Below, piece by piece: positions 63,750 through 64,000 of a stretch of 64,000 nt of DNA (the stretch's first letter is position 1; the number at the start of each line of letters is the position of its first letter). The stretch lies in the NCBI GenBank assembly GCA_011109175.1, contig RDEW01000020.1, positions 177,143 through 241,142 of the forward strand. Reading direction: 5' to 3'. This DNA comes from Dicyema japonicum. Its lineage: Eukaryota; Animalia; Dicyemida. A model generated the notes under the pieces. That model saw only the letters and a program-made list of their open reading frames with translations. It was not told the origin of the DNA and did no database searches. A program made the translations under genes and the position numbers.

Positions 63750-64000
63750 GGCAATGGAGTCTATTGACAGTTTCGACCGCAGTATGCTTCGGAAGGCACT
63801 TAATATTCACTACAAAATGAAGATCAAAAACGAACAATTGTATAAGTTGAGCAAAACAGAACCATTATCCATGGAAATCAGAAGATCGAGATGGAGACTG
63901 TTCGGTCACATTCTGAGGATGGACCTGGATGTCCCGGCAAATCACGTAATAGATGAATATTTCATGGAAAAAACAAAATCATTCCGAGGAAGGCCTAGAA
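63750..64000 (+). mobile_element. RTE-like LINE C-terminal fragment
   Basis: IRRSRWRLFGHILRM..DVPAN....F..KSFRGRP, homologous to 31370-31500. Confidence 0.85.

Noticed and set aside
1-64000. Alternative genetic code or stop-codon reassignment to explain the fragmented ORFs
   Set aside because: Removing 20-28 nt GT-AG introns restores the frames; TAA, TAG and TGA all appear as terminators in the gene models.

Overview
This is AT-rich nuclear DNA from an animal with a very compact gene architecture. Nearly all spliceosomal introns I could resolve are GT-AG and only 20-28 nt long, as described for dicyemids and some myxozoans; the species cannot be determined from this window. Recognisable host genes are MPI, MADD/AEX-3, DNAJC5 (cysteine string protein), KDM5, HYOU1, UPF2, PIGO, COX17, TUBD1, a minimal CBLL1/Hakai, UTP11 and the 5' part of a UBR1/2-like gene. 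There are also two lineage-specific single-pass membrane protein genes. Intergenic DNA is a patchwork of decayed mobile elements: several LINE clades (CRE-like, RTE-like, R4-like, other APE/RT), a tRNA-derived SINE, hAT, Tc1/IS630-like, and an intron-containing Ginger-like integrase. Several host genes carry single-base homopolymer frameshifts that look like long-read assembly errors. The strongest unexplained signals are: (1) about 40 copies of the palindrome CACGTG against about 7 expected, concentrated in host genes and absent from the youngest transposons; (2) two conserved structured motifs shared, in swapped order, by two GC-rich element 5' regions; (3) a 188-nt hairpin-containing intron in TUBD1; (4) repeated loss of the RT core in unrelated LINEs. 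Gene models were spliced by eye, so boundaries are approximate.
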